Source: Perkinsus chesapeaki ATCC PRA-425
Lineage: Eukaryota > Protista > Perkinsozoa
NCBI GenBank assembly: GCA_013115145.1
Contig: JAAPAO010000013.1
Span: 62,001 to 126,000 of the forward strand
Direction of reading: 5' to 3'
DNA: 64,000 nt
The notes under the pieces are model-generated. The model was not told where the DNA came from, did not search any database, and was given only the letters and a program-made list of their open reading frames with translations. Position 1 is the first letter of the stretch; every line of letters begins with the position of its first letter. Shown here in pieces: positions 49,300 to 62,442 of this stretch. A program made the translations under genes and the position numbers.

Positions 49300-50870
49300 A
49301 GAGGGGAAGCCGGCCTATTGATGGCTTACTCTACTGATGAAGCATCGAACACAGCCTTTATAGTGACGGTCCAAACGCCAGTGAGCACGTTAGAAATTAT
49401 AGACGCCGTTATCACCTAACAACATGCATAGATTAGCAGCTTCTGCTGCAGAGAGGGATCGACTCCTAGCTCGACTATAATTCACGCTGGATGGACAAGG
49501 TTCGATGTGTCGGATGAGTATCTTAGTACTCAATGAGAATAAGGACAACATGCGCGTTCACTACTCAATGACAAGCATTAGCATAAAGATGCCATACTGT
49601 ATCAAAGCTTCTAATGGTATTCAGTAGTATTATTGGAAGAGACGGTTACTTTCATAGAGTTGCTTGCTGCACTATATACGCAGTCCCCAGCAGATATAGC
49701 AACGGCCATCAATGATAGGGTAGCTATGTCGACACCAATCCAACTGCTAACCGTTGGTACAAAGCATAATACCTAAAAGGGGGTCATCATCAACCACACT
49801 CATCGGTTGTTGAGGATTACTGATAGAATTATAGTAGACAGAACGAATGATAGCATGTAGAATGTGACAGGGTAGTCCAGGAATCTTTGTGTTAGGTGGA
49901 GGGTCATTAGGACGACGATGGTGGTGGCAAGGTGATTATAATTATAAAAAGCTGAAGCCAACCTTACAAGTCTGCTGCCGGACCGAAGTCGAAGGGCGTT
50001 CAGAGACGTTAACAACTGAGCAAGGGGCGCAAGATACCCCTCAGTGCCCCTGTGATTCTTTATGCAAAAATAGATTCAATGGGAATTAGCGACGACCGTT
50101 CAACGTAGTGGAGCGTAATCAACGAAACCTTCACTAGCGTACAGGCAGGTCAGTAGAGGTGACGAGTAATGCTTGAGCCAAAACTGCAAAAAACTCGATA
50201 CCGCAATACCTGAGCCCGGCTCGGTGACTGATCGATCACGTCTGCCGTAGGAGTGATAAAGACGTCTTCGGTACATCGGTGATCCTCCTTTTTTCCAATA
50301 ACGGACGAATCATCGAACTTTCATCCCATTTCACATAGCAACTCGGCCGTCTATTATCTCTGATATTCAAACGACTAACATCCGAAAGGGACAGCGCTAC
50401 CGAGCGTGAAGGAAACACAACACTGCAGTTGAGTAAAAGGCAGCATTATCCACATGGGCCGCGGTACAGAGGGCATGCATCGGCCAGCCCCAATAGAGGC
50501 TTTGGGGGTTCCTATAGGGGCACCAACATTCCTTAAGAGTCTCTGCCGTCCATGGGCGCCCATGAAGACAGTGTGCAGTAGCAACCGAGGCGTTGAACTC
50601 GCTACCGTACCTATTCCGCCATACACCACCAACATTGAAGCCTTCTTCCTCCCTACTTAACATGTCGAAGTGGCCCCGTAGAGGCTGGGTTACGACACGG
50701 GTAGTTGCCGTGCCAGTCCACCATAGTCTCAGACGCACACGCGTACCATTCATTGTGATCCAGTGGCCTTCCTGGTTCCACATTCACACTGGCCTCCGAC
50801 AGGCAGTAGACATAGTACCTTTTGATGGAAGGGATGCTCCCTCCTACCCCACGGTGAATAAGAACATATA
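49300..50870 (-). CDS. Multi-exon hypothetical protein with C-terminal hydrophobic segments
   Basis: Exon frames YYVYCLSEASVNVEPGRPLDHNEWYAC, FWLKHYSSPLL, QRFLDYPVTFYMLSFVLSTIILSVILNNR, VLCFVPTVSSWIGVDIATLSLMAVAIS; boundaries uncertain. Confidence 0.4.
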
Positions 50871-51179
50871 CTTCATTTTGGTATACTATATATAAAACAC
50901 GGTATAAACAAAATAGTGTAAATATGTTGTATCATACCTATTTTATTATTACTATTTTGTATATTTCTTACATTTAAATATACACTATTTTCTCTATATT
51001 ACTAATATGCAGGAAAGGGGGGTTTTCGAAGAAAAACGAGCGATCTATGCTTCGCCTTGTGCACAGGTGCGGAGTCAGAGCCTCGTCGTCGGCGTACTCG
51101 TGCGTGGTCGGTGATGACTTATAACCACCAAGGTTATAACTGATAACCTACTAACTGGCGAACAGTCGAACGCGGAATG

Positions 51180-52329
51180 CCACGGGACGTTTTCCATCCG
51201 CACTTCGCGCCCACATCGACTTTCTCGTGCAAGAAGGGAACGGGGACAGAGATCAAGTCGCTATCGGTCACTTCTGCCCAGCTGATCGTCCCGGTTGTGA
51301 GCTCATCTTGCTCCCCAGCGGTCCCTCATGGCGAACGGGCAGGGCCGAGATGGCGTTTCGTAATATGACACAAACATATACCGCATACATGTATAATATG
51401 CTTTCTAGTGCTTACGTTGCTCATCACTGTAATAGAGTGAGGCATTGGCAGCGGCAGCAGCAGCAACGGTAGTGGCTTACGTTGACGGTATCCGATCGAT
51501 CGTCACATCACCGAGGAGCATCGCCAAATACACCTCGCTACCAAAACGGTCAACATATGGCGTAGATGGGTTACTTTCCACCATAACCGCTGCGACGCCA
51601 CTGACTAAGGCCCTCCACATAGAGAAGTATCTGCAGAAAGATTACTACCCATACCACAACAAAAGGAGGACAACACCTCAGAGCGGCCCCTCGAGTCATC
51701 ACTGCATGCCGATCATTCACACCACCGTAGTCCTCCCCATCCGGAACAAACACGACCTCGCTCTCCCTAGCACCGAGCAAGCCGAGGCTTATATGAGGGG
51801 CGAGCCAATGGAGGTCAGGACGGCTTCGAACGATCCATCTGTACTGGAAACCTCCCCTCGCCTCAGCCATCTCAAAATGCTGTAAACAGCTATCAAGTAT
51901 CCTGTACACCATCAGCCGTGACCCACAGAAGGCCTGCCCTGTCCGGTTCAATAGGACATTCCTCTGATATTGAGAGGTGACGTCAAAGCCAGCTTCTATG
52001 AGCCTTCGCTCCACACCGATGCTCTCATCCTGTATAAATAGCTGAACTCTGGCTCCTGCCCGACGGAGGATGCTCATAAACGTATTAGCAGCCAACCGCT
52101 CCTCCTTTCCAGTGACATGAGGCGTTCCAACAAACGCATCAATCTCATACCCTTCAGAGGTTAGAGCAGCTATCAGATATGTGCCAACACTCTGCATTGT
52201 ATCATTGGTTACTCGACCACCTATTTTACCATGGAAGCATATACCAACCCTTGGGCTACCAAAGGCCAACATGAGGACTGTCAAAAGGACGAGGAGGAGG
52301 ACGACGACGACGGGCGTACGGGCGGCCAT
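51180..52329 (-). CDS. Type II membrane protein, putative glycosyltransferase-like
   Basis: N-terminal anchor VVVVLLLVLLTVLMLAFG, then RVGICFHG, YRWIVRSRPDLHW and VPDGEDYGGVNDRHAV. The function is inference; the 3' end is approximate. Confidence 0.55.
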
Positions 52330-52452
52330 TGGAACATGAGATCGAAAGGAAAACTGGCCCCTGATATCGAGAATGGGCAACTCAAGCCGATGATGAAGGA
52401 TACCACTTCTCCTGGCTGTTATCGAAGTGTCGCGGTAGTCTCAACGTATTCA

Positions 52453-54529
52453 CTACTTCCGGGCATATGATATCTTCACAATCTGTCCCTCCATGGTGAA
52501 GTCAGCCCGAGCATTCTTGGCCATAGTAGCCTGGAACTCACTGCTAAAGTCTACGAACCCGACCTAACCAACAGTACTGTAGCCTCCTCCCCCCTCCAAA
52601 CACCCTATATAGTACCTGTCGCTCAGCAATCACACGGGTGCCCTCGAATCCAGGATACGACTTGAATATCATCGTTAGCTTCTCAGGAGTGCACTTCGGT
52701 GGAAGATTCTCTACGAACAGAGTCCTGACAGTGCCCGGCAGTTTACATCGGGAAGAGCGCTACAATGGGCCTACTTATTAGGAACGTTGGAGTGTTGCAC
52801 GACCTTAGGCGCCGACACAGTGGTGTTGAAGAAGTCCTCGGCAGTTGACAGCTTCTGAAGAATAGTACAGGACCGTGTAACCCAAACAGTGTTACCTTCT
52901 GTGGCTGCTGCTGTTGGCCTGCATTGAAAGCCATACCTGAGATAACTCGTGTTGTAGGAAGCCAAGAGAGGAATACTACCTGGGAAGGCTCCGAAATCGG
53001 GTGGCATTGGTGGTGCCCCTCCCTGAACAACAACACCATTACGCACCTCCGACGTTCCCCCAATCCTTACCGGAGCTCCACCAGGCGCTGCTGCCTTGGC
53101 CGCTGCTGCCGCTGCTGCTGCAGCTGCTGCCGCCCTAACAACAACTACTCGTTGAGCCCCTTCCCCTTTAGCGGGTTTTATTACGCTTGAGCTGCCGTAT
53201 CAGGCAACTGGTTGGCCTGGGCTGCTGCCCTGGCCGCCGCCTCCCTCATCTCCCTTAGCTTCTTCTTATCCCGACGTACATATGTACCTTACCATCATCA
53301 CGCCATCCAGCATGCCTCTCTTGGCCTATCATTAGTACCTTCCTTTTTGGCAATGGCATCCGACTTGGTCTTGGCATACGAAACCCGCATGTTCTTGCTG
53401 TATCTAAGGTTAACAGCATAATAAAAGACTGAAAAGACAGCAAAGACTGAGACGATGCGGTCCTTACAGGCTGTGACCCTGCAACTTCTTCATAGCTGAA
53501 GAGGACTCCTCTTTGCTCGAGAAAACAACAAATACCTGCAATAAGCACCCTATGTCAAGCAAGAGTCTAAAACTGGTATTATGCAGAATAAAGTAAGGAT
53601 TGAATGTGTTCTCATTCCAGGATGATGAGCTATATGAAATATGATATGAACGCCGCGCAACGATAGGTACATGCACTACCATACACGCCCATAAAAGCGA
53701 CCGGCCAGGAGTTTAGACAATGAGGAGCCTTTCCCTCCCCTTCCCTAGCGTATCCCTTCTTTATTACCTGCCCTCGACGCCGCAGTGATCCCATAGCAAT
53801 ACAGTCGATAACATTACCACAAGGTTTACACAACTGATAAAAGAAAAGTATCCCTCCCGGGTCTGTCGAACATCTGTTGTCTACCTCTAATATAGACTTC
53901 TTCAACTCCTCTGGTTTAACCCGATCGTTTAAGTTGTTGATATAAATGGTCTCACTGGGTGGATAGTCATCCGGTGGCCTCTCATGTGGGTCCTGTCATC
54001 CACACTACCATCCATAACTCTATTAATAGCACTACATTGGCCATACGCTCAGCCAGAGGGATCTTGGCCATCTCTGGCGATGCTGATCCAGCCGTGCCTT
54101 GCTGTTGTTGGCCCTGACCGCTGCTGCCCTGGCCAGCTGCTGGCCCACCAAAGCTGCCTGGCATAGGGGGCATATTAGGGAACCCAGGCGGTGGGGGCAT
54201 GTTGGCGAAGGCACTCCCTGGAGGAGGCATCGGCAGGCCGCCTGGCATCCCCGGGAAGCCGGGCAGGCCTGAGAAGCTGTCAGCAACATCGGTGATGTTA
54301 GGCTACTACCTGACGGGGGAGGTGGCATCATACCTCCAGGCATCCCCATCGGAGGCATCCCTGGCAGCCCTGGTGGAGGCGGCGCTGAGTTCTAAATAAA
54401 AGTGTATAACAACCCCCAAGCACCCAGGCCCTGTAATACCTTGCCACTGGATGGCTGTGGCATACCCATAAAGGACTGCGGCATGGAGGGCATGCCCTGT
54501 GGTGGTTGCTGAGGCGGGGCCCCTGACAT
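52453..54529 (-). CDS. U1A/U2B''-like snRNP protein (two RRMs) with Pro/Gly/Met-rich N-terminal extension
   Basis: ETIYINNLNDRVKPEELKKSI…GSLRRRGQ, NMRVSYAKTKSDAIAKKEG, PNK-led second RRM and terminal VKISYARK* match the U1A/U2B'' family. U1A versus U2B'' not resolved. Confidence 0.85.
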
Positions 54530-54756
54530 TATTCAACTTATCACCCCGCTGATCACCATCATAGCTTCCCATAAATACTCAACACTACATCAGTTGTTTT
54601 AGCAGTAGTAATAGAAACCTATATAACGTGAAGACTTGAGCTGCAGCAGCATCAGCAGCATCAGCTCTATTGGTAAATACGTCAATGATGGTAGTTACTG
54701 TACCGTCATTCATTATATATACTCCTTCCATCACCACCACCTTACGCGGCGAAGAC

Positions 54757-57700
54757 CTATAAGGAGAAATGAGCCGACTGCGGGCGTTCTGGGTATCCTA
54801 CGAATTCCTTCTTCGGCTTCTTAACCTGCGTAGCCATCTCGTCCTTAGTGAAGCCTCGGACGGTCTTGGGCACCTCCATCCTCAGGTCAAAGCATCCAGT
54901 ACCTAAGCCATCCTTTAGGGTCATTTATGCCACTAGCAACCTACCAACACTGGCCTGCTTGCCAAGGATGATGGATCCAGCTGGACTCAGAAGATTATCA
55001 TATTGAGCGTTGTTGCAGGCCTGAAAATAAGCAGCGGTGATGCTGGCCGCTACCTCCACTCGCTCCATCTACCTTGGTAAGGAAGTTGACACTGGTCTCG
55101 AATGTCATCTGCAGCCATGGGGAGGCATGGGCTTCCATGCCTCTACGGCTAAATGGACGGAACCTGCATACGAGTATGGTAGGAATAGAGCAGTAGATTA
55201 TAATAGTAGTAGTACCCGCCATGATGGGTCATATAGTCGGAAATGAGCATCAAGTGTCGAGGGTCAACACCAATACCGTAATGCCCGAACACTCGAAGAA
55301 CCTCTTGAACTATAGCAGCACGGGCAGCCTAAGGGAAAGCTACTACTACAACAACTTGGCTGATGGTACTACCTCAACACCGTACCGGTCCAGGATGAGA
55401 CCGATGTCATTGGTCACTATACGGTCATGGTCAATGCCATTGAGGCCCCAAGCGATATCAAGATTCACACCTAATTGCCATGATTTGGGAAAGGAGCGGT
55501 ATGGCAGCAGCAATGATCATCCTACCTTCGGTTTCAATCATGACCTTGTCAGACTGACCAGGACGGGGCTCTACAACGTGTACGCTGGTGATGCCAGGAG
55601 TCTGCTGGATGAACAAGTCGGAACAGAGATCGGCGACGGCCTCAAGAATGAGAATCTTCCGAGAGATGCCTTGGGACAATGCCAACGGTCGAGATCGGAG
55701 CACGAACCTGAACGATTGGGATACGAGGATGCCTCCCAGAACACACGTACTTGGAGCCATAAAGACGGCCAGACTTATTGAAGATAACCTCAGTGGAGTC
55801 CTTAGTCTTAGACACCTTATACTCCTCCACAGTGCCAACAACGCCTTGAGTGCCGGCAGCAGGCCTGAGCAATAAAGCAACATAAGGCCTATCAAAAGCC
55901 ATGGCCACCTACCGTTGAGTGCCCTCCTCAGCCTCTGGTGTCTCATTATCCTCTTCAGCTTCTTCAGCCTAAGCCAACACATATCCTAGCATCAACCTAA
56001 GATACCCTCCTACAGCTGCATCATCCCCAGCGTTGCTCTCAGCAGCATCATCATACTGTCCCTCATCGGCGTCATCAGCATCTGAGCCAAACCATCCGTG
56101 CCCAATAACTCTACACCACTTACCACTGGCAGCCTCCATCCTGTCAAGCTCTGCCTCTCTCTCCTCATCAGTAGCACGAGCGCGCTGGGCCAGTGTACCT
56201 ACAGCGGGACCTACTATGGCTCATGGCGACTTGGGTGTCTACGAGTGAGATTCTGACTTTCATCAGCCTGCTCCTTTTGCTCAGCATTCTCATCATCCGG
56301 TGACTCATTGAACACATCAGCCGTTCCCTCCTCTTGTTGGGCCTTACGGGTGGTAATCTGATCGAAACAGATTGCTCGCCAAATCCCGCGAAACAGCACC
56401 CAGCGAAATCAACAGTGATTGCTATATTGTATATTCTAATGGCCGTAATCTCTCACGAACCTTGCTTAGATCTATAGTACTCCTCACCGTGATGCTGGCT
56501 AAGACGCCGTTGAGGAAGTGCCCCATTGCAGAAATAGCAAACAGGAAGGCAACTCACCGTAGAGGTGCTCTCAGATATCTTGATGAACTTCTTAAGATTG
56601 CTATTAAGCTTGTCCCTAAAGTCATGGTCCAAGAAATGAGCAACGGCGGTTGGAGTAAGGGAAGGATAGGCCTTTCGTATCATGTCCGTGTCAACCAGGT
56701 CAACCTACATCAGGGCCATCAGAACACCCCCGGTTTGTCTGTCCTACCACAAGCTCGTAGGTACGCATGGTCTCCCCGCTGGGCTGGGCGGCGGTGACAG
56801 ACTCCAGCACATGAGTGGCCACAACAACATCCTTCAGCGACACTCTGGTCATCTTGCCCTAATACACAGAGATTGCCTAGGCCTAGAAACAGAGGACACC
56901 TACCTTGAGCTCCTCGGCAACCTTGAGGCCACCGAGGACAGGGAACTCCATAGCGGGGGTTTCGGGATGACGCGAAGCCGTCTAAGTGATAGAGCATAGC
57001 CCCACTAGAAGGTGGCCACCTCCTCCTACCTGGACGATTTCTCTCAATCGAGGGATACCTAGTGTAACGTTAACACCACCGTGACCAGCAAGATGGAATG
57101 TGTTCAATGTCATCTGGGTAGAGGGCTCACCCATACCCTAACAACAACAGCAACAAAGTCATACCCCTCATCACCGTACACAACAACTACCCTACCTGTG
57201 CCGCCAAGGTGCCAACAGCCTCACCAGGATCAGCGAGAGTCCTGAGCCAAGCATGAGATGTCCAATAATGATTTCAATAGGATACTCCTACCTGGCGTAT
57301 TTGTGCATGATGACATCCCGGAACTCCTCGGCCGGCATCTTCTTCTCGAGCTCCTCTGGCCTGTGATCCAAGTACTGCTGTAGGGCCTTCTCTTCCCTCT
57401 CCGACATAGAGCCAGTGAACCTAGTACCACACTTTCACGCACCTAGCCCACCGCAGCTACCAACCTCCACGGTGGAAGCATGCTGTTCATCGGTGGAGCT
57501 TTGCCTCCTTTAGCATGGGTATCCTCAACAACAAAGCCAATATGGGCCTTCTCTTCATCCCGCAGCTTATCGCTGGTATCAACCTAACCACCACAGCACC
57601 GTATACTCCCTTGAGTACCTTCTTCTCCTCTTACCTCCTTCATAAGATTCTTGGTACGTCGATTGCTCTGTGGCTTCTCTGCCCACTTGCGGTAGAGATC

Positions 57701-60700
57701 GGGCAGATTACTTTCCATCTTAGCCTCCTTCTTGGCTACAGCCACACTATCAGCCATGAATGCAGAGTTCTCATCCAGCACATCAAACCTGAGGAAGCAA
57801 GACATAGGCGAGCAGCAAGAGAAGCAAGTAGATGAAGACCCATTATGGCCATGTAAGAGGCTAAACTAATACTAACTGGCATGTTACTTCAATAACGTCG
57901 AATTGGTTATCCACTTGAATTAGATACCAACCGTGACATTGTCTAGCTCCCCCTCCTCCCCCTCCTTCACCACCAGACTTACTGTTCCATATGGCTAACC
58001 TTGGTCACATCCATACCATCCTCACCATAAAGGAACTCTACAATGGAGCGATCAGTGTCTCGTACAGTATAATCGTAGTTCACAGTAAGACCCTCTAAGT
58101 TCTTGACTAAGCATCTTTGAAGGTATCCAGACCTACTCAGCACTACAACCAACAACAATGTACCGCTCCCTCGCCACCGCTACCTAGCTGTCTTCACTGC
58201 TGTATCGACCAGACCCTCTCGACCAGCCATACAATGGTAAAAGAACTCCTGTGGACGGTAGCCAGTAAGGAATCTGAATGTCAGCAGCAGCAGCAGCCTC
58301 CAGCGTGTTAAGACAGCGCCAGCACTCCCACCTATCAGTAATGTAACCTCCTGCCCTCGGACCAATATCATATTGAGCAAAGCTGGGCAAGAACCGCTGA
58401 GTTCGCATACGAGGAGCACGGTGGCCCTCCAACTCCTGCTGGCCAAGCATTGCGTCAATCATAGAATGGTTAACCTTAGAACCCTTAGCACCTAGTACGA
58501 GACACCTACACCCTACTGCATCGTGAATCCGGCGGTATTACCAGTGCTAACCATAGCAGAGAAGCAGTTCTCTGGGAAAGGGGACATCTGGCCCTTAGGG
58601 AACAGCACATCAATAAGCTCTGAAAACACCAACACTGACCATCACCACCTAACCCAGCGTCCTTACTTCCCCAGTAATCTCTATTAGTTGACAGCATAGT
58701 CTCCTCTAGCTCCTCAAACATAGGGTGCTGCACCTTAGGATCGGCGGCATACAGCTTGCCTAAGCACCACTATAGCAGCAGCCTAGCCTTCCCCTCTATC
58801 TGCTGCCTACCTATCTCCCTCTGCAGTTTATGAAGGGTAGTGACATTGGTCTCCTCAGGGCTGTTCTCTTTAACCCAATCCCTAATCTTGTTCCAAGAAT
58901 CTTCTCGAGCCTTGTTCAACATCTGCCTTCTAGCTTCATTGCCCTCTGGCGTGATAAGCAAATCTCTCATAGCACAAGTGAACCCATGCAGCTGAAGGTA
59001 CAGTGTAAGCATCCTTCCAAGACCTAATAAAAGACTAAACAGTGTCCACTCAGCCTCACCAGTCTTACCAGTCAAGAGCAATCCCGCTGCCTTAGGGCCA
59101 CACAACTCATAGAAGAGATGGGTAAGACCATTGGCCGTGGCACCGAATGATGCCTTATCCAGCACACCTTGAATAAGCTCTGTGTCCTTTATAGTGACCA
59201 TTTGTTCCTCCTTATTGCCATCAGCCACACCACCCCAGAGGTCACCAGGTGTCTTGGCCTTTGCATGATGGTTGAATCCATTCACTATAGACTTGTCCGT
59301 GCTGTGAGTAGCGAACTTAATAAGACTCTTCAAGAAGATGGTGATGACCTGTTTTCCCGTCCAAAGCTTCTCCGGTTTAACAATGACCGGCGGCTCCATA
59401 ACAATCCTGAAGTTGCTAGGTACACCTGCTGGGGTACTCAGCTTAGTCAGTTGGCCTCGGGACTTCACACTGCCTATACCAGACGTATCGCCCTCAATGG
59501 CAGCCCTCATGGCCGTATAGATGAGATTCTGGACTTGTGTTTTGGTCATAAAATGGTCCCTAGCAGTGAGGAACACTCCGGAGACCACATGGTCCTGGAT
59601 AAGACCACGAAGAGGCTTTCCGGAGGTGGGGCCAAGATACTGGTGATCGGCGGAGGCAATATAGATGGCCTCTGCCCTCGCATTGGAGTCCTGGGGACAA
59701 TGCAAGTTGATCTCATCACCATCGAAATCAGCATTGAACGTGTTGCAGTTGGCATAGTGCATACGAATAGTCTTCTCCTTACTCAACACCTAAACACCCA
59801 TACCGCTCCTTCCCCAAATCCTACCCTCTATATTACCTTCACAAACAGCGCCATAATACCGGGCTTATGCAGAGTAGGCTGACGGTTCACCAGGAGCGGA
59901 TCACCATCCCTAACATGCCTCAGTACCACCCTCGGCTTTTTATCAGGATTGGTGCTCTGGTAGAGACTCCTTGCAATAGCCTTCCTCTGATGTGGTTGCC
60001 GGCCCTTCAATGACACTAGCTTGCCATCCGGGAACACCACCGCCGCTGCGCCTGGGTACTTATCAGGGCCATTCTCGACCAATGCTCTCAGATAGTCGAC
60101 GTTGAAGGAGTTCACCGGCTCCGGTACGGTAAGCTGCAAGGCCGCGAACATAGGAAGACCGATCTGGTTGGTTTCCAAAGAGACATCCGGACTGATGACA
60201 CTTCTAGCGGCGTAGTTAACACGCTTTCCCATCATTTTCATCCGGAAGAGGCCTTGCTTTCTCTCCAACAGCTGCCTCACACCAAATGCCACCACCTTGT
60301 TCTGAGCCTTCCCGCTCTTTGCAGAATCTAGATAATTATTGACGTTATTCTGCAGATCGATAAGGGCCGTTCCCAAAGTGGTCATCGGCCCTCTCTGAGG
60401 GACAGTGCCATCAGCCTGCTTCGATGGCTCTTCCTCGTCTGATATAATATCCGGTACCGCGTCACCAGCTGAAAGGCACCGAATCCCGGCAGCCTAGACT
60501 CCCCTTCACCTTACCTTTTTCCCTTTGCATAGTGTCCTCCACGGCCTGCTGGTCAGTCTCTAAGAGCTTCTTTAAGAGCAGGTTAGATTCCAGAATATTC
60601 TTCAAGCACACAGTAGAGGCCGGTAGAAAGCCTTGGTTGTCATCGCTGTCACCACCAAAACGGAGAGGTCTCAGCTTGTTAGGTGGCACGACTATATTCT

Positions 60701-62113
60701 GCATAAAGAAGATATCCTCTCCTCGCCCCACAGAGGCTGGGAACAGAAACTCTAGGATCTCTCTTTCCTGGCCCCAAAGTCTATGTAACAGATGGCGGAC
60801 CTACAACCGGAAAGATTCAAATAAGGTCGGAAGTGACGCATACGTAGGCTGGAGTGACGAACTTCTCAGCGGCCTTGCCGCGAAGCTTTCGGAAGATCTT
60901 ATTGTACCCATCAATACCTGAAGGACGCCATATTAAGTAGCGGACGACTTGCCAACGAAGGCCTACGGTAGAGCTCCGACTTGGCTTTGCAGTTGGGGCA
61001 TACAGCGGTGGACACTTCGTTCTCGAACTCGGCAACTAAGTCGTTCCACGCCTGTATCTCACCGGAGCTGCCTAAGATGAAAAGAAGGGGGCGGTATAGA
61101 AACCAACGGGAATTCTTCCTTGTACTTATGCCCCAGCTGGTGTTGTTCTCCAGGACCTTCTCAAGGTTCTCATTAACCTCGCTATGCGCTATACCAAGCT
61201 GCTTGACTAGAGCCTTAACTCTGTTCTGTTCCTCACCGTGGCCCATTATATAAGGTACGTAAGAAGACGAGCCATCCTCATAACCTACCCCGTAACCATA
61301 ACTACACCCCTTCCCCCTTGTCCCTACTAGCATGCTCAACGAAAGCCTCCCGGCCATCACCATTGGGATCAACAGTCATGTCTCTCTCCAAGGCTGACTT
61401 GGTCTTCTCATCACAAGGCTCCATGACAACATCATGGGACTCGGGCTCTAGGCCGGCCAGGATCAGCTTAAACCGATCGCAATATCTATGCGGCAATAAC
61501 CATGCGTGCACGCTGGTGGCCAACCTCTCACTACCTTTGGGTCACGGCTTTTCGCACACGGAAGTGGTTACATGAAGTACACATTCTGCGCAATACATTG
61601 TACCTATAGGAACATTAAAGGCCCTATTGAGAACTAGGCAACACTGCTTAAGGCTTGTAATTGAGAGGAAAGATACCGCCCTTATTACAATGTTCGTATG
61701 AGGAAGGGGTTATAGACGTCAGTAGCGAGCTGAATGTGGCCCAAATGACCAGGACAGTCGTGGACCTAAGATACAATAAGATAAGGCCGTCCCTAGGGTC
61801 CTACACCCAAGCCACAGGTCTTGCATAGATCACCGATATGGAGGGGTCCCAATGCGGGATCGTATCTGATTTAGCACCATAAATGATGGTATTGATGATC
61901 TCTATTACAATCCGCCAGGCAATGGTGCGCCGGCCAAGTTGCCAAAGGCAGCAACTTCCGTTATTTCCTTAACTGATATATCTTTAATCTCCTTAGGGGA
62001 CATGTACCTGTTTATTATCAACCCTATCCCATATTCCCCTTATCCCTATACTACATGAACTGGACATCATGTATAGAACATCCCGGACGGATCTGCTCGT
62101 CAGCCGCAGACAT
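54757..62113 (-). CDS. RPA1: DNA-directed RNA polymerase I largest subunit
   Basis: YDPALGP…CKTC and CPGHLGHI zinc sites, [55 protein letters not shown] (catalytic motif), C-terminal LQMTFETS; many introns. Confidence 0.95.
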
Positions 62114-62442
62114 TCTGGGGAGCTACCGCGAGAAACTGAAAGGATATCCCATACTCGGTGTTACTAAGTAGAGAGTTTGATGAAATAGAGGAGAGGTATA
62201 TGATAATAGGGACCACACGCACTTGTAACACAAAGGCCAGTCCGATGTCTAAGTACGAGCGATTTTGCACGCGGTAAAACATCAGTACATCGGAATACTT
62301 AGCACAGAATAATCGTCTAGGATCAACACCATACCGAATTGCGTCAGTCGTAAGGTTAACAACTTAGTAATAGGTGGAGTAGCTATAGGGATAGACTGAC
62401 AGGCGGACCTCGCAGGCCGAAGGCTTTTTGGTGTCTTTCACT

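Noticed and set aside
50172-50187. TTTTGGCTCAAG on the minus strand, matching the 3' end of the dinoflagellate/perkinsid spliced leader
   Set aside because: It directly follows a TTTTTTGCAG acceptor and reads in frame as FWLK of a probable exon; the 5' part of the leader is absent.
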